Assembly (NCBI RefSeq): GCF_006345805.1
Contig: NC_043000.1
Coordinates: 97,588,001 to 97,652,000 of the forward strand
From: Octopus sinensis
Lineage: Eukaryota
Length of the DNA: 64,000 nt
Direction: 5' to 3'
A program made the translations under genes and the position numbers. This document shows, piece after piece, positions 14,073 to 28,959 of the stretch (its first letter is position 1; each line of letters begins with the position of its first letter). The notes under the pieces are model-generated. The model did not search any database. It worked only from the letters and a program-made list of their open reading frames with translations, and was not told where the DNA came from.

Positions 14073-14630
14073 TTGAGAGAGAGAGCAGTGCATGCCATCA
14101 AAGTGACACTGGGGTAAAATATGCGAAGCCCAGTATACCCACATGACTACCCGTCTGATAAGGGTACACTAGGCACATGCATCAGAACCATATGTGCGCG
14201 ACATGGTGATCTCATATCAAGATAAACAGCACATGACCTTGCAGGTGGGGCCCAGTTAGAATTCTCTTCTGGTCGAGAAACCCATACCCCTCAAAAGGTC
14301 CCTGAATAAGGGTTGTTTAAGGATGTTGAATGAAACAGCTATGTTTCCAGAGGTGAATTATTCAAACCCCAAAGAATCCCTCTCAACACATGGCTATGAT
14401 GCTCCCCCCACTACTTCTGCTCGTGGTCAGAGATGCACATATCGTCAGCCACTCAGGGACATGGTCAACTCGTTAAGATCAAACAAACGACAAGCAAATC
14501 TGTGGTATTGAGCATAATATTTGCTGCAGCGCATCTTTTATAACCAAGACGAAACAATGTACATGATGACACTTCCAATCAGTTAAGATCAGGAGCTATG
14601 AGAGCCACTGTCCGGTACTGCATCAGGGCA
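14073..14630 (-). mobile_element. Full-length copy of the (AAT)n-associated retroposon
   Basis: Reverse complement of 23942-24470 with the same 5' start; short (TTA)n at both ends. Confidence 0.85.
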
Positions 14631-15046
14631 TCTTATTATTATTATTGTTGTTGTTGTTGTTCAGGTCACTGCTTGGAATCGAACTCGGAATATTGTAGTT
14701 AGTAGCCCGCGCTCTTAACCACTGTGCCATATGCTCCACATGTACATAATACCTCATCTCTTAAATATAGAACTATAATAATAATCCTTAATAATTAGCA
14801 CGAGGCCTGAAATTTGGGGGAGGAGGGACAGTCAATTGCATCGATCCCAGTACTCAACTTGTATTTATTTTATCGACCCTGAAAAGATGAAAAGCAAAGT
14901 CGACATCGGTGGTATTTGAACTCAGAATATTAAGACAGACGAAATGCTGCTAAGCATTTTGCCCGGCGTGCTTACGATTCTGCCAGCTCGTCACCTATCT
15001 GCGAGCTCGTCGCCTATCTGCCAGCTGCCACCTTACTGCCAGCTCG

Positions 15047-15107
<61 letters not shown>

Positions 15108-15111
<4 letters not shown>

Positions 15112-15144
15112 GATGTCCGGAAAGTTCGTGCCGATTTTTAAAGG
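15108..15144. mobile_element. Orphan mariner TIR of the same family
   Basis: TTGGGATGTCCGGAAAGTTCGTGCCGATTTTTAAAGG after (TA)n, nearly identical to the 15975 terminus. Confidence 0.85.
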
Positions 15145-15190
15145 GATATTTTGTTACAAGGATATTTTGATCCCAGATGCACTGGTTTAA

Positions 15191-15412
15191 CCCATTAAGT
15201 CCCACTGTCCTATAAATAGGACACTAAATGAGAACATTAAATAAACTATATCACATTGTCTCAGTGTCCTATTTATAGGACAGTGAGTATTTCCATTTCT
15301 ACTTGAAGTAAAGGAGTTTTAATAATATTTTTTTTATTTTAACCTATTTACTATCATCTGTAAAAATTCGAAAGTAATATTCAGAAATTTATGTACTCTG
15401 GGACTTAATTAG
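15191..15412. mobile_element. piggyBac-type MITE
   Basis: TTAA on both sides (15187-15190 and 15413-15416); imperfect TIRs CCCATTAAGTCCCA / TGGGACTTAATTAG; internal perfect 23-bp inverted repeat (15202-15224 and ~15263-15285). Confidence 0.7.
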
Positions 15413-15472
15413 TTAATATAGTGTATTTTAAAGAGATTTCTTCAATAAAGATATAAAATATCAAATATTATT

Positions 15473-15619
15473 ATTAAATTTGAAAATGAAGGGATTCAAT
15501 GAATATAAATTAATTTATCAATTAATTATCATTACCTATAAGTGTTTCATTTCACATTGGATAATAATTAATCAATAAATTAATTTACATCCGTTGAATC
15601 TCTTCATTTTCAAACTTAA

Positions 15620-15620
<1 letters not shown>
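15473..15620. repeat. AT-rich imperfect inverted repeat (~60-bp arms)
   Basis: ATTAAATTTGAAAATGAAGGGATTCAA... pairs with ...TTGAATCTCTTCATTTTCAAACTTAAT. Confidence 0.8.
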
Positions 15621-15684
<64 letters not shown>

Positions 15685-15847
15685 TAAATGAAATCGCGAG
15701 AAACTCAGTATTGAAAATTATTTGAAAACTCCGATATAATTACCGAGGACCAAGTCGGCAGAGTAAAGAGTGGTTATTAGGGGAATACAATTGAGCAGAT
15801 ATGGAGACAATAATTCAAATAAACAAACCTGGGGGTTTAAATGTGCA

Positions 15848-15967
<120 letters not shown>

Positions 15968-15974
15968 ATATATA

Positions 15975-16926
15975 TTGGGTTGTATGGAAAGTTCGTGCCG
16001 ATTTTTAAAGGAATGAAAAAGGTTAATAAATACTTGCCATTACATTTTTAATCAACCAACTATGAACCATTTTGTTGCACAATGCGTCTCCAAGGTATTT
16101 TTTTACGTCATCCAAGGAACTGAAATTTTTACCATTAAGACTATTCGGCAGAGACCTGAATAAGTGGAAATCTGAAGGAGTTATATCTGGTGAATATGGA
16201 GGGTGGGGTAACACATCCCAGCCGAACTGCAGCAATTTTTGTCTGGTTCCTAAATAAACTTGCGGTCTTGCATTATCATGTTGAAAAACAACACCCTTCC
16301 TGTTGGCCAATTCTGGATGTTTCTCTTGAATTGCTGCTTTTAACTCATCCAGTTGTGTACGATCCAAAAGGTTCTTCTCACTCAACTCATGTGGTACCCA
16401 AACATCATAGCGATTTGTGTACCCAAGCTTTACCAGGTGCTCATGAACGACGGATTTTGATAGGTTGAGGCTTTCTGCCAAGTCTCGGGTTGTGCAATGT
16501 GGGTTATTCTCATTAATGACTTGATTTGGTCATCATCTGTAGTGGATGGTCTGCCTGATCGCTCTTTATCAATAAGGCTACAATCTCCAGCTCGGATCCT
16601 TGCAAACCACTTCCGTACAGTTCTTTCGGATAAAGACACATCAACGTAAACTGCGCATATGTCTTTGGTTGCTTGTGAGGCATTTTTCTCCTTACGGAAA
16701 AAAAAAAGCATCAAGTGCCGAAAATGAACTTTGTTATCTTCCATTTTAAAGGGTTACAGAATTAGCACAGGTTATAAGAACATAAACCTTCTTCCACGAA
16801 AAGATAGCTTAAACTGTGCTCTAAATGGAGGTGTAGTCAAATCCTATTTTATGGATTCAACCATGTTCTAAAATAAGTCGGAAGTTAAGCTGCTATAAAT
16901 CGGCACGAACTTTCTGGACAACCCAA
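15975..16926 (-). mobile_element. Mariner transposon, internally deleted (non-autonomous), with both TIRs and TA flanks
   Basis: TIRs TTGGGTTGTATGGAAAGTTCGTGCCGATTT (15975) and the reverse complement at 16926. ORFs 16744-16430 and 16481-16023 give the HTH region, WVPHEL, HDNARP and YSPDITPSD. The segment holding the first catalytic Asp is deleted and there is a frameshift. Confidence 0.95.
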
Positions 16927-17157
16927 TAGTAACCGGCCGACTCTGCCGAGATAATCTGGAACTCGACTGAGGATAGAAAACTCCGAATGACTCGTCTTTG
17001 TTTTTGATTTTTTTCGTCCTTTTTTGTATCGTCTAACTGACTGGATGTTTTGTTGTCGCCTGTTACGTTCTTGCTCCATTTTTTGTTTTCTTTTATATAC
17101 ATATGGCGGTGCCCCAGCATGGCCACAGCTCATTAGCTGAAACTGGAAAATCAAAAA

Positions 17158-17193
<36 letters not shown>

Positions 17194-17319
17194 AACAAGA
17201 AAATTAGCTAGTTAGAAAATCTCTATAAGATATGAAATCAGTAACTATAATGAGAAGTAATGGTTATCGCCACTTAAACATGTCTGTTCTGCAAGAACCG
17301 ACTTTACTAGCATTTTAAC

Positions 17320-17355
<36 letters not shown>

Positions 17356-19232
17356 GATGCAGATTGCATCGAATAACTGGCTAGAGAAGGCGTCCTCCTG
17401 GGGTTAAAGGTGTAGTAAAATCGGTTCCTACGGAACAGCCATGTTGAAGTGGCAAAAACCATTATTTCTCTGTGTGTTCGCGGGCGCACGTCTGTGTATA
17501 CATACATATACGTACCTACATGCATACATACGTACATTTAGATGCACACACATACACATACACATACACAGATTCAAATATATACATACATTCATATACA
17601 TATCTGCATGTGTATGTATGCAGAGAAAGGATCCACCCAGTCAAATTCGTCCTATAATTCCCCACGTCTAAACCGTCGCCTAATCATAACGTGTCAAAAA
17701 CGTCCATTAGACGGTAAGAATGAAGATATGTGCAAAATAAAGAGTGAAACTCGTGCATTCATTTTAATTGATCCACCATCCATGCTACCTGATCTATTAT
17801 ACATTCTCTTTTCACACTTCCAGGTAGTTCTATATAAAAATAATTATCATACGATATCCCAGTGAAATTCACAGCTACCAAACCAATGTCAACTACCACC
17901 TCCTGATAGTTCATTTATATACATTGGTCTAATATATATGCAATTTGATATATAAAAATAAATATAATTCCATAAAATAGCTAGGTTTTCAGTTTATAAA
18001 GGGGATCCTCTATCGGTGAGGGTGATATATACCTACATTTGCATGGGCTGGGCAGGCACGGCTGTCATTAGGTATTTTGCTTTTTTTTTGTTTTTGTTTT
18101 TTTTGTGGAAGGCTGCCAGTTACCCATGAACGTAAGCCTTCCCTTTCAACGCGCTGATGTTGTCCAAGAGAAAAGTTATCTCTTTGAGGCCGATATAGCC
18201 TGGCATTTGTGTCCTCCGACGTTGTTACCGAAAGGCAAAAAACCTGGACAAATACCCGCAAGGTGTCTCGTTCGACACTCTAGCATTTCCACTAATCCAC
18301 AGCCCAAGATAGTTTCTTTAATTTAGTGCCTTTATATGGCGGCAAGCTCGCAAAATCGTTACCATATCGAACAAAATGCTTGGCAGAGCATTTCTTTCGA
18401 ATCTTTACCATCAACGCTCAATCCTTTTACGTTCAGCGCTCAATCCTGTTTGATGATCTGGTGGCCTCGGCTCTGGAGTTGGTAGGGATTTATCTCCCCG
18501 CTTGCAATATAAACAAGCGTGCATTTTACACCAAAATCCCATATGAGAGTATTTCTCATGGCAACTACCGCAAATTTGTTCTAACAGAGCATCCACGTTT
18601 AAGTGGAGATAAATATTGCTTTTCAGTATTAATATTGCCTCTGTCGCTGATATATAAATCTCAGACTATTTTATTTTCTACCATCCGCATACATTTACTA
18701 TCTTATTTTCCTAATTTTAAAATGAGATCACCCTATTTGCTATACGTTCTCCTTAAATTCTATTTTTTCATTCCTCTAATTTTCAAAATTTAAATAACCG
18801 AGATGAAGCATCACTTTGGTCATTAATGGTTATTGATTATTTCTAATAGTTATTCAAGTTATTGATTATTGCTAATAGTTATTGAAGTTATTGATGACAG
18901 CTAATAGTTAACGAAGGCATTGATGACTGTTAATAGTTACTCTCTGTTTATAAATTGTTTATTTGCTTTTTATGAAGTTAATTGTTGTTTATGATGTTCT
19001 GTAACGTTTAGCTTTTCACCGAGTAAAGAACTGACCTCTGCACCACAAGACAATTAATCACATATTAATCCCACAGAACCGCTTCTGTTATTACCTGCAG
19101 TGGTTTAAAAATAGCGCATGTTACCTGATTACATTTAAATAGACTCGACCAGTGAAAATTAATGATTTTGGTGATAGATGACACGCAATACTGCCAATGG
19201 AATATGAAACAGCGATCTGTCATTTACTCATT

Positions 19233-19395
19233 TTATCCACCCATCCATCTTCTCTGCCCACTAGGACTGTTGCCGCTTGAATTAGTCTGAAGTATCCCCG
19301 CTGCGCGCCTTTCTTGCGACATACTAATCACGTATCCATAGTACCGGAGCTGTGACCCCTCGATGCGGAGAAGCAACGGTTCGACCTAGAGAGAC
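19233..19395 (-). mobile_element. RTE-clade LINE 3' relic
   Basis: L*VEPLLLRIEGSQLRYYGYVISMSQER...SGNSPSGQRRW, resembling the RTE C-terminal EPLLLRIERSQLRWFGH..RM..ER pattern. Confidence 0.7.
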
Positions 19396-20611
19396 CACCT
19401 GATCACCAAGCTACATACCCTGTTGAATAAAGTTACTCCAGAGATCCCGTTATGGGATTAAAATAAACATCTAATGAATTCTCATATATTTTATCAACTC
19501 TGCCATTCGGTTTTTCCTGCATCTGCTTTTCTCCCATGTACTCCATAGACTGACTTACTCATATTAAAATGAGGATTAAAGCTATTTTTAACATAAAGAG
19601 ATCTATGAAAGTCCTACAAAATCCAGTGATAGCCTCACTCTTTATCGAAATCTGTCGCCAAACTAGCAAACCCCATCATATTCATTTGTTCTTATTCTTT
19701 TGTTTTCATTCCTCGTTACGCGACAAATTGCCAGAAGTTGGCAGCAGAGTAGTTAAAGCATTAAATAAAATGCCTCGCGGTATTTGTTCTTATTCTCAGC
19801 GCACTGAGTTCGAATCAACTTTGCCTTTCAGTCTTTCAGGATCAATAAGAAAAGAAGTACTAATCCACTGCCCTGAATTAGCGAAAGTACTAGGATCGGG
19901 TGGGATGTCTTACGGTATCTATTCAGACCTTCGGTGTTCTGACAGCAGCACCTACAACGACACTCTTTTGGCCATGTAGGTAGCATTTCCGGCGTGGCGT
20001 GAAGAGGAGAGGCTTGGATGCATGAGCAACTGTCAGTGTTCCTCAAAAATATTTGCTCAGGTCTGCACATACATATTCACTTGCACAATCAATAGTGGCC
20101 GATAGAGTCGGATTTGAACCTGTATTGATCTTCAAACTTATGGCCACTTAAACAATCATTCCCAAAAGCATAGTTCATTGCAGAAGCTACGAGGAATATA
20201 AATTCGTTTAAAACAGTAAACTATATACTAACAGTTAAGGCTCTTTAAAGTCCGGAAGAGAACAGTTAACCATCAATAATGATTTTGCTTGTCAAAAACA
20301 GGTAACTAAACACGGCTCCCTACGACACATCTGGGACAAATGTCGCAAGAAGATAACTGGCAATCAGGTGACAGTTCAACGATTCGTACATTTTCGCAAA
20401 CTACAGAGTGGTACCACAGTTTCGTTAATTCAAATGTTCTTCAGATAGATTGACATAAGTGACTCACCAACATTCTCCAATTTATGGGTCATAGTTGAGC
20501 GAAGCCTCCACCAAACACTTTCTTTTTCTACCGTTATGACGGTGATCTCTGTTCCTCAAAGTGGTCTGTCCTCGTGCCACCTTCACTCAAGTACACTCGA
20601 CTCATCTGTTT

Positions 20612-20843
20612 CTCATTTTTTTTTATTGCCCACAAGGGGCTAAACATAGAGGGGACAAACAAGGACAGGCAAAGGGATTAAGTCGCTTACATCGACCCCA
20701 GTGCGTAACTGGTACTTAATTTATCGACCCCGAAAGGATGAAAGGCAAAGTCGACCTCGGCGGAATTTGAACGTAACGGCAGACGAAATACCACTAAGTA
20801 TTTCGTCGTATTTCGTCCGGCGTGCTAACGTTTCTGCCAGCTC
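20612..20843 (-). mobile_element. SINE family A with target-site duplication
   Basis: 13-bp TSD GACTCATCTGTTT at 20599-20611 and 20844-20856. Confidence 0.9.
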
Positions 20844-21324
20844 GACTCATCTGTTTTTCGTCACCTACATCTTTGGCTCTCTACTAATAAATACATCCAT
20901 ACCTTCCTCCCCAAAATGTCGGCTTCTGACATTGTTTCCTAGCCCATGTCTCTCAAGCAGTTGAAGAACAGCAACAATCACATCGATCTCACTGGTGTTG
21001 GAATTGGCGCCTGCAAAGACTGTTGATTCAATCCATTTGTCCCGATGAATAGATTTTAAAAAATGAAATGAATGCTATGTCAGCTTTGACACAGCATAGG
21101 AGTGGACACAACATGGGAGATGAGAGGAGAAAAAGACAAGAATGTCGAGATTGCTTGAATGGATGTGGCATGTAATCAGCCGGTCGCGAAGTGAAGTAGT
21201 CATTACGCTAGCAGAGAGAGGAGATATTATAGTATCTAATGATCATTGAAAAGACAGGATAGTCACGGCTGGAATATATTCGGCCGTAGGTCTGTTCGAT
21301 CAAAGGCTAATCAACAACATAGTT

Positions 21325-21700
21325 CTGTGGTAAGAAGCTTGCTTCCTAACCACATGGTGTCATGCTCAGTCCTACTGCATGACATTTTGGGCATGTAATG
21401 TCTTCCACTATATCCCCGGGCCGACCAAAACCTTGAGTGGATTTGGTAGACGGAAACTGGAGAAAGCCTGTCGTGTGTGTGTGTGTGTGTGTTCGTGTAC
21501 TGTCGCCCACCATTGCCTGACAACCGGTGCTGGTTTGTTTACGCTTCCTTAACTTAGCGGCTCGGCAAAAAAAAAATAGGTATCAATCTTTAAAAAAAGA
21601 TAAGCAGAGGGGTCGATTTGTTCGACGGAACACTTCAAGGCGGTGCATCTGCATGGCCGCAGTACAATGACTGAAACAAGTAAAAGATAAAAAAAAAAAA
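21325..21700 (+). mobile_element. SINE family B, diverged
   Basis: Colinear with the family B consensus seen in this window. Confidence 0.8.
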
Positions 21701-22021
21701 AAAAGAAAGATAACTCAGTACTACAGCCACTTCATAACCCCGTTAAACACACAACGTAGTAGATAGAGGTCGCTGATTTCAATACCCGTGAAGAGTGAAG
21801 TATATGTAATTTTGACTGACGCACCATTAAGCTAAGCAGTCCACAGCAGCTTTGACTGGCGTAGATCATCATTTTCTTAGCATTCCGGAATTTTTATGAT
21901 CACTAACGCTGCTCCCACGATTATGACCATCGCCACCACTATCCCCCACCGCCACCGTCATAGAAAGACAGCCGTAGAATTAACACTGCAGCTGCTGTTG
22001 TTGTTGTTGTTGTTGTTGTTG

Positions 22022-22056
<35 letters not shown>

Positions 22057-22919
22057 CATGTTGTTGTTGTTGTTGTTGTTGTACCACTGTCGTCATCACT
22101 ACATTCGCTAACAACAATAACAAGTGATGTGGAAATTATATGGCATAAATAAAGACATTAAGAAACCCAGGCTGGAAGACCGCTCACAATTATGCCCACA
22201 CGCAGTCTCTCTCCCTCACACACACGCGCGCGCTCATACACACACATACATATACGCACACGCACATATGCACATATATACAAATACATATGTACACATG
22301 CAAACACATACACACATATAAAAACACATACACATACACACACACATGCACGCATACAGAGATAATATATCTTATATAAACTATACACATATACAAACGC
22401 ACTCTAGGACACGCACACATACATACACACACAAATATAATACATATAATATATATCTACATAGGAACACCCATGCACATACGCACCCCAGCTACAAGTA
22501 CACACACACACACACACACACATACACAGGCGATCGCTCTCATATACAAGCTCCCACTCGGTCCGTCGGGGTAAATATAGGTCAGCAGTTTGAAAGTAGG
22601 TCAGTAATTTCACAGTTGACTGGACCATGACCCTCCTTCCCAGTGAGATATAATAACCTGATTACATTACAAACACTCGTTAATTGCCTTCATTCAGTGG
22701 ACTGCGGCCATACTGGTGCATCAATCACCTGCAGACGTTTTAATCCAACATGTCAACGCTTGTCCCATTTCGATCTGCTGCTTATTTTTACAATCACTGT
22801 CGGACCGCTAGGTTACCAGACATAAATGAACACAACATAAGCAACACCGGTTAATAGACCGGTGCGAAAACATAAACACAGATACCTAAGCATACACACA
22901 TACGCCCATACAAACATTA

Positions 22920-22965
22920 CGTACATATATACGTACATACATACATACATACATACATACATACA

Positions 22966-22998
<33 letters not shown>

Positions 22999-23041
22999 GC
23001 ATACATGCATGCACACAGGCATACATACATACATACGTACA

Positions 23042-23072
<31 letters not shown>

Positions 23073-23205
23073 GCATACATGCATGCACACAGGCATACAT
23101 ACATACATACATACGTACATACATACATACATACATACATACATGCATACATACAAACATACAGAAATACATACATACATACATGCATACATACATACAT
23201 ACATG
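22920..23205. repeat. (TACA)n microsatellite, representative of many (380-510, 3905-4135, 50805-50980, 53220-53365, 54590-54705 and others)
   Basis: Direct reading; the source of the HTYI/MYVC ORFs. Confidence 0.95.
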
Positions 23206-23870
23206 GTGGCTGCCCCCTCGTTATCGAGTATGGCCATTGCACGAAGCTTAATCAATGTTGTTATCGTGCAATGCCTGTGCAAGAAGATTTTTTTTAAAGT
23301 GAGAAAAGGCTATGCATTGAGTCAATCCAACTCACTAAGCAACAGCAGCCATAATCCGAAAAGAAGAACAAGTCAACATCATCGGTAACCACTGAGCCGC
23401 AGGTTTTATGCCGGAGTTATCCCATTTACCTGAGTTACCTTCTCCTAGAATGATGCCCTAACAAAGGCTAGGAGTCCTTCACTGGTTTAACCGCGCGATC
23501 GGGTATTCAGTCCGATTATTTCTATGTCCCCGCGCATGATACACCCTTAAGACATTTATTGGATGGCCGTTGACTCTCAAGAGTTCCTCCGCCCTTTGAC
23601 GGGTTTTATTTTTCATCCCGCAGGGTGTCAAATAAACACCCTACATACATACATACAGACATACAGACATACATACATAATACATACATACATACATACA
23701 TACATACATACATACTGTATTTTCTTAACATCGTGAATTTAAAACACTGCTTGGGGATAAGCACCTCTTTTGATGTAGTTGCTTTGGGCTTCAGGTGATA
23801 GGGTGGGGTCACTTGCTTTTGCAAACAAAGTTGATCTCGGTGAGATGTGAGCTTAGAAAGCAAAGAAGTC

Positions 23871-23941
<71 letters not shown>

Positions 23942-23942
<1 letters not shown>

Positions 23943-24470
23943 TGCCCTGATGCAATACCAGGCACTGTTTCTCATGGCTTCTGATGTTAACTGATTGGAA
24001 GTGTTATCATGTACATTGTTTTGTCTTGGTATAAAAGATGGGCTACAGCAAATATTCTGCTCAATACCACTGATTTGCTTGTCGTTTGTTTGACCTTAAC
24101 CAGTTGAGCATGTCCCTTGGTGGCTGACGATATGTGTATCTCAGATCACAAGCAGGAGTAGTGGAGGATCATCATAGCCATGTGTTGAGAGGAATTCTGT
24201 GGGTTTTGAATAATTCACCTCTGGAAACATGGTTGTTTCGTTCAACCATTTGAGCGGGATGCGCTACTCAACCTGAAGAAAATTCTAACTGGGCCCCACC
24301 TCCAAGGTCATGCGTTGTTTATCTTGATAAGAGATCACCATGTCATGCACATATGATTGTGATGCATGTGCCTGGTATACCCTTATCAAACGGGTAGTCA
24401 TGATAGGTGCACTGGGCTTCGTAGATTTTACCCCAGTGTCACTTTGATGGCGTGCACTGCTCTCTCACTC
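23942..24470 (+). mobile_element. ~530-bp retroposon flanked by (AAT)n on both sides
   Basis: Begins TTGCCCTGATGCAATACC and ends CTCTCTCACTC(AAT)n; homologous copies at 14073-14630 (-), 24537-24933 (+) and 58857-59330 (+). Confidence 0.85.
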
Positions 24471-24535
<65 letters not shown>

Positions 24536-24536
24536 G

Positions 24537-24933
24537 CAGTCGTCTGAACTTAACCAGTTGAGCGTGTCCCTTAGTGGCTTACGATATATGCATCTCTGAT
24601 CACGAGCAAAAGTAGTGGGGCAGCATCATAGCCATATGTTGAGAGGAATTCTTTGGGGTTTGAATAATTCACCTCTGGAGACATGATTCTTTGTTCAACA
24701 TCCTTAAACAACCCTTATTAAGGGACCTTTTGAGCAGGATGGGCTACTCGACCTGAAGAAAATTCTAATTGTGCCCCCACCTGCAAAATCATATGAGATG
24801 ACTATGCTGCACACTTATGTTTGTGACACATTTGCCTGGAGTATCCTTATCAGACGGAAAGTCATGATGGATATACTGAGCTTCGTTTATTTTACCCAGT
24901 GTCATTTTGATGGCATGCGCTGCCCTCTCACTC
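24537..24933 (+). mobile_element. 5'-truncated copy of the (AAT)n-associated retroposon
   Basis: Colinear with the 3' part of 23942-24470; inserted in that copy's AAT tail and followed by its own (AAT)n. Confidence 0.85.
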
Positions 24934-24949
24934 AATAATAATAATAATA

Positions 24950-25003
<54 letters not shown>

Positions 25004-27449
25004 TTATTTTTTAATTTTATTTTAACAAAAAACAATTACCTGAAATACACAACCCGAGATGAAACATCATGTGTAATTTTCTGGGTGTACGAATACGAGT
25101 AAAATATCTACTTTTATCCAAAACGCCAAGTTGTTGTAAAACATTTGAAGTGAAACTTGAGAACCGCCGCACAGCAGGGCTATCAAGAAAAGGAATTCGA
25201 GAAAGAACTAATCTTATAGACCAACTAGAAGAGGAAAGAATACTGAATCACTGCCAGGACCTAACAAAGTTCCCAATCCTTTTTTCTTTTTCTTTTTATA
25301 AAATTTTGAAACAATTACGTCATTCCCACACAAAATATCTAACAGGTGCTGTCGATATCTTTAACTAACCTTCTGAAACATCACGTTGTTTTACAACACA
25401 ATTATTTTTTTAAAGAACAAAGGGAAAAAGCGACAGCAAATCCCTAGAAACTATGAAGCAAATAAGCTGTCTGCCATCTTTTGTGCAAGGTATTTACATT
25501 AATCTAAGAGAGGTGCGCACACATATTTCGCATCTGTAATGAATTTCGTAAGCTACGAGGCTTCATTGCTGCACGCTCCATTTCAAGACTCCGTCTTTAT
25601 GAGGCAACAACGGAGCCTGTAGATAAGTAATTGTTTTACTAGCTGAGAGTAGAAGTGTAATCTTTCTCAAATCATATCTTATTTTATTTTTTAGAAAAAG
25701 AAAGAAAGCCATATTGAATAATGTAAGTCACATAAAATCACTCCGTACGAAAATAAGACGGAAGGGTCACGGCTGGAATATCTTTGATCATAGGACTGCT
25801 CAAATCGGAGCCGACTTTGAAGCTAAATAACAACGATAATAATTTCATTTTCTTACAAAAATCTTAATCAGTTCAATCCATTTCCAAACTATCATAACGT
25901 TCCTCGTTAATATTTTATCTCATTACTATAAACTGAGTGGTATAGCACTCATCAGTCACACACTGCTCCTGCTTAGAACAACTGTTTCTTTGACGACAGC
26001 TAAGTGGATTTTGATTATTTGGTCATCAAATATGTTAGTTACGATCACGAAGCAATGGCGTTGACACGATTTCAACCGTTGAATCTTTGGCCGACAGTAT
26101 GAAATCTAACTGACCTGGCCAACTGTAGTTGTCATATCTGTAACATGACTGTCGTCAATACAGAGGTCGTGAATTGGTAGAATTTTTGGACAAATTGTCT
26201 AGTGGTATTTACTTAGGACTTATTAGGCTCTGGATTCAAAACCCTACAAAGGCCAACGTCACCTTTCTTACGAGAAACAATGAAATAAGGTAGGATTATA
26301 CGGCGGGGAATGGTAGAAATCGTCAGAGATTTCGACAAAATACTTTGCAATATTTGTTTAAACTATGGCGGCAAGATGACAGAATCGTTAGCACAGAGGG
26401 CTAAATTTCCGAGGTCGACTTTGCCGTTTATCATTTCGGGATCGATAAAATAAGTACCAGTTGAGGACATATGCCGATATAATCGACCTACCCCCTCCTT
26501 CGAAATTGCTAACCTTGTGCAAAAACTTGAAACCAATATTTGCTTAAGCTCTATACGTTCTAGGTATCCAAGCATGTATGGCAGATTGTTTATATTTCGC
26601 TGGTGAGATGTCACTTAATAATAAAAAATTAATAGATATGAAGAAAAGAATCAAAACCACACTTGTAGTATCGCTTGAAAATTCTATGATAAGCCACTTA
26701 ATGTTGCACAAAGGGAAACGTGCACATAACTAAATTTGGAAAAAAAAACACGTAGACTAGTGTTTGCCATCTATTTCCCCCAGGCCCCACTATAACTTTC
26801 CAGAAAAATGTATATCTCACAGGTGGTTGGAAAAAGCAGCTTTATTTTTAATATTTCATAATTATATATTTTCCTTAAAGAAATATCCACATTGGAGCAT
26901 TAGAATAGCGTTATACTATAGCAACCTTCACACAACCTTCAAGTATGCTTGATTGGAGGGACTGGTTTGGCTAGGCTGAGTATGGGTATATATATGCATA
27001 AATAAATTTATATATTGTATATAAGTATCTATCAATTTATCTATTTATCTATCTATACATATAAATATATATACATATATGTAAGTATGTATGTATACAC
27101 ACACACATACACATATTCTTGAAGAATTGTGGTAAATCGTAATACATGACACCATTGGTAGCACAGTTAATCTGGTTAATAAAGAATATTTATCCACCAG
27201 ATGCAATGTTGAGCACTCATTCTCACTGTTCGATACAATCGTATTGTGTATGCGTGTGTTTGTATGAGAACGTGTGTACGTGTGCACTCGCGTGTATTTA
27301 TGTGTATATTAAACGTAGATGTATTTGAGGTTGGCAAATGTTTTACACATACTTAAATTTAGTAGGGTGAGAAGTAAGTCATTCGGCATTTATCAGTAAA
27401 ATGAAGATACAAAATAAGTATATTTCACAGGTGGTGCGTCGTTGATCCA

Positions 27450-27650
27450 CAATACTGATGTTTTGGCAATTAACATTTTGACAGTTTGGACATGATAGAG
27501 TAGATCAGACAGAGATAATTAAGATGGGTAACAAAGCCAGAAAACTCCTCAATTGACGATAGAATGCACCATCCATAATTAGATATCACCCAGCTGTACA
27601 TCGTCTACATTGCGAGAAAGAGGGGAATGACTTGTGTAGATCAACACGTT
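27450..27650 (+). mobile_element. Dong/R4-clade relic (post-RT region)
   Basis: FGHDRVDQTEIIKMGNKARKLL / RMHHP*LDITQLY...RKRG, matching the LDRKTRKLLT..RMHHP..D..RLY..R..GGRG pattern. Confidence 0.6.
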
Positions 27651-27751
27651 GACATTTCAGTAAGTAGAACTAATTCGTATCAACTCACGACTTAAGAAAG
27701 TAATCAAGTGCACTTAAACAGAGAAAGGGAAGGAGAGAGAGACAGAGAGAC

Positions 27752-27785
<34 letters not shown>

Positions 27786-28959
27786 GCAGACAGACAGTGA
27801 CAGAGAGGGCATCGGCAGTTTCTCTTAGCAAAGCGTAACCAAAATACTCGATAAACCTGGGCTTACTGAACCGTCAGCAACACCTAAACTAATACATCTG
27901 GCTGATTTGTTAAAGTGAGAATACAGAAATAAACCTCGCCAATCTTCTATTGAGGAGTTTCTATAAGGTATAAGTACAAATATCCTCAGTTCTTCCAGTC
28001 TCTGAAATACGATATCTCTATTGGGAAGTAAACTTTTCGATGTTTTATCGCTGTTACAGGTCCATTTGCATTTTTATTTTCAATTATTATTGCGTCTTTA
28101 TAAATGTGGGCAAAAATGCTGTTTAAAGAATCATCTGATTGTCAAAGATAAACGAAAATACCGATGAGAAATTTTAAAGAAAAGTATCTGAACTATAGAA
28201 AACTATACTTAAATACGAACCAAGACGGTGATCTGAACGCGATCGAAAGACGCTCTTCATATTAAAAGTAGGAAGTATACATTCGATATAGTCCTAGATT
28301 CAAAATACACAGGGGGAAATGTGATGATCACAGCTTAAACAACTCTGATTTTGAGCATGTTCAATCAACGTTGAGCCGAAAATAAACTGCGACAACAACA
28401 ACAACAGCAATATAAAACTCTTATCTAATATAAAAGTAAATTAAAATTCATGTACACTGCTATTTGCATTCGATTATATTATATATATTTATCTTCGTTT
28501 GTGCTTAAAATGTACAAACAGTTATTCACTTAACTCTAGATTAGTCCTCGAAGGAACAAAATGTAATTTATGGACTTATTATGTCATAACAGAAACTAGA
28601 TATGGTCCTTAAATGACACGATTAGATCTGTTTAATTTGTCGTTACCAACCTCGGAAGTAAATTGCATTGATAAAATGAAAATAACAACAGGGCCTCAAA
28701 TAAGTAATATATTGTGTGTGACAAAATTTATTGAAATTAAATGATAGAGCAATTAAAAACAAAATCTCCATCTGTGAGTATTTCAAATCTAAAAACAACA
28801 AATAGGGGGAAATAACTGGAATAAAATCGGTTCGAAGAAGTTTTCGGACAACATAGACAACACAGATCGGAGTGAATCTGGTTTTTAAAGCCAACTGGCG
28901 AAACGATATACGGGTTCCAATCTGTACATGTTAGACCTTCTCAGTGAAATATATTCGAT

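Noticed and set aside
25069-25368. 99-aa non-repetitive ORF (possible host exon)
   Set aside because: No recognisable homology and no convincing splice-site pair; it cannot be supported without RNA-seq or BLAST.
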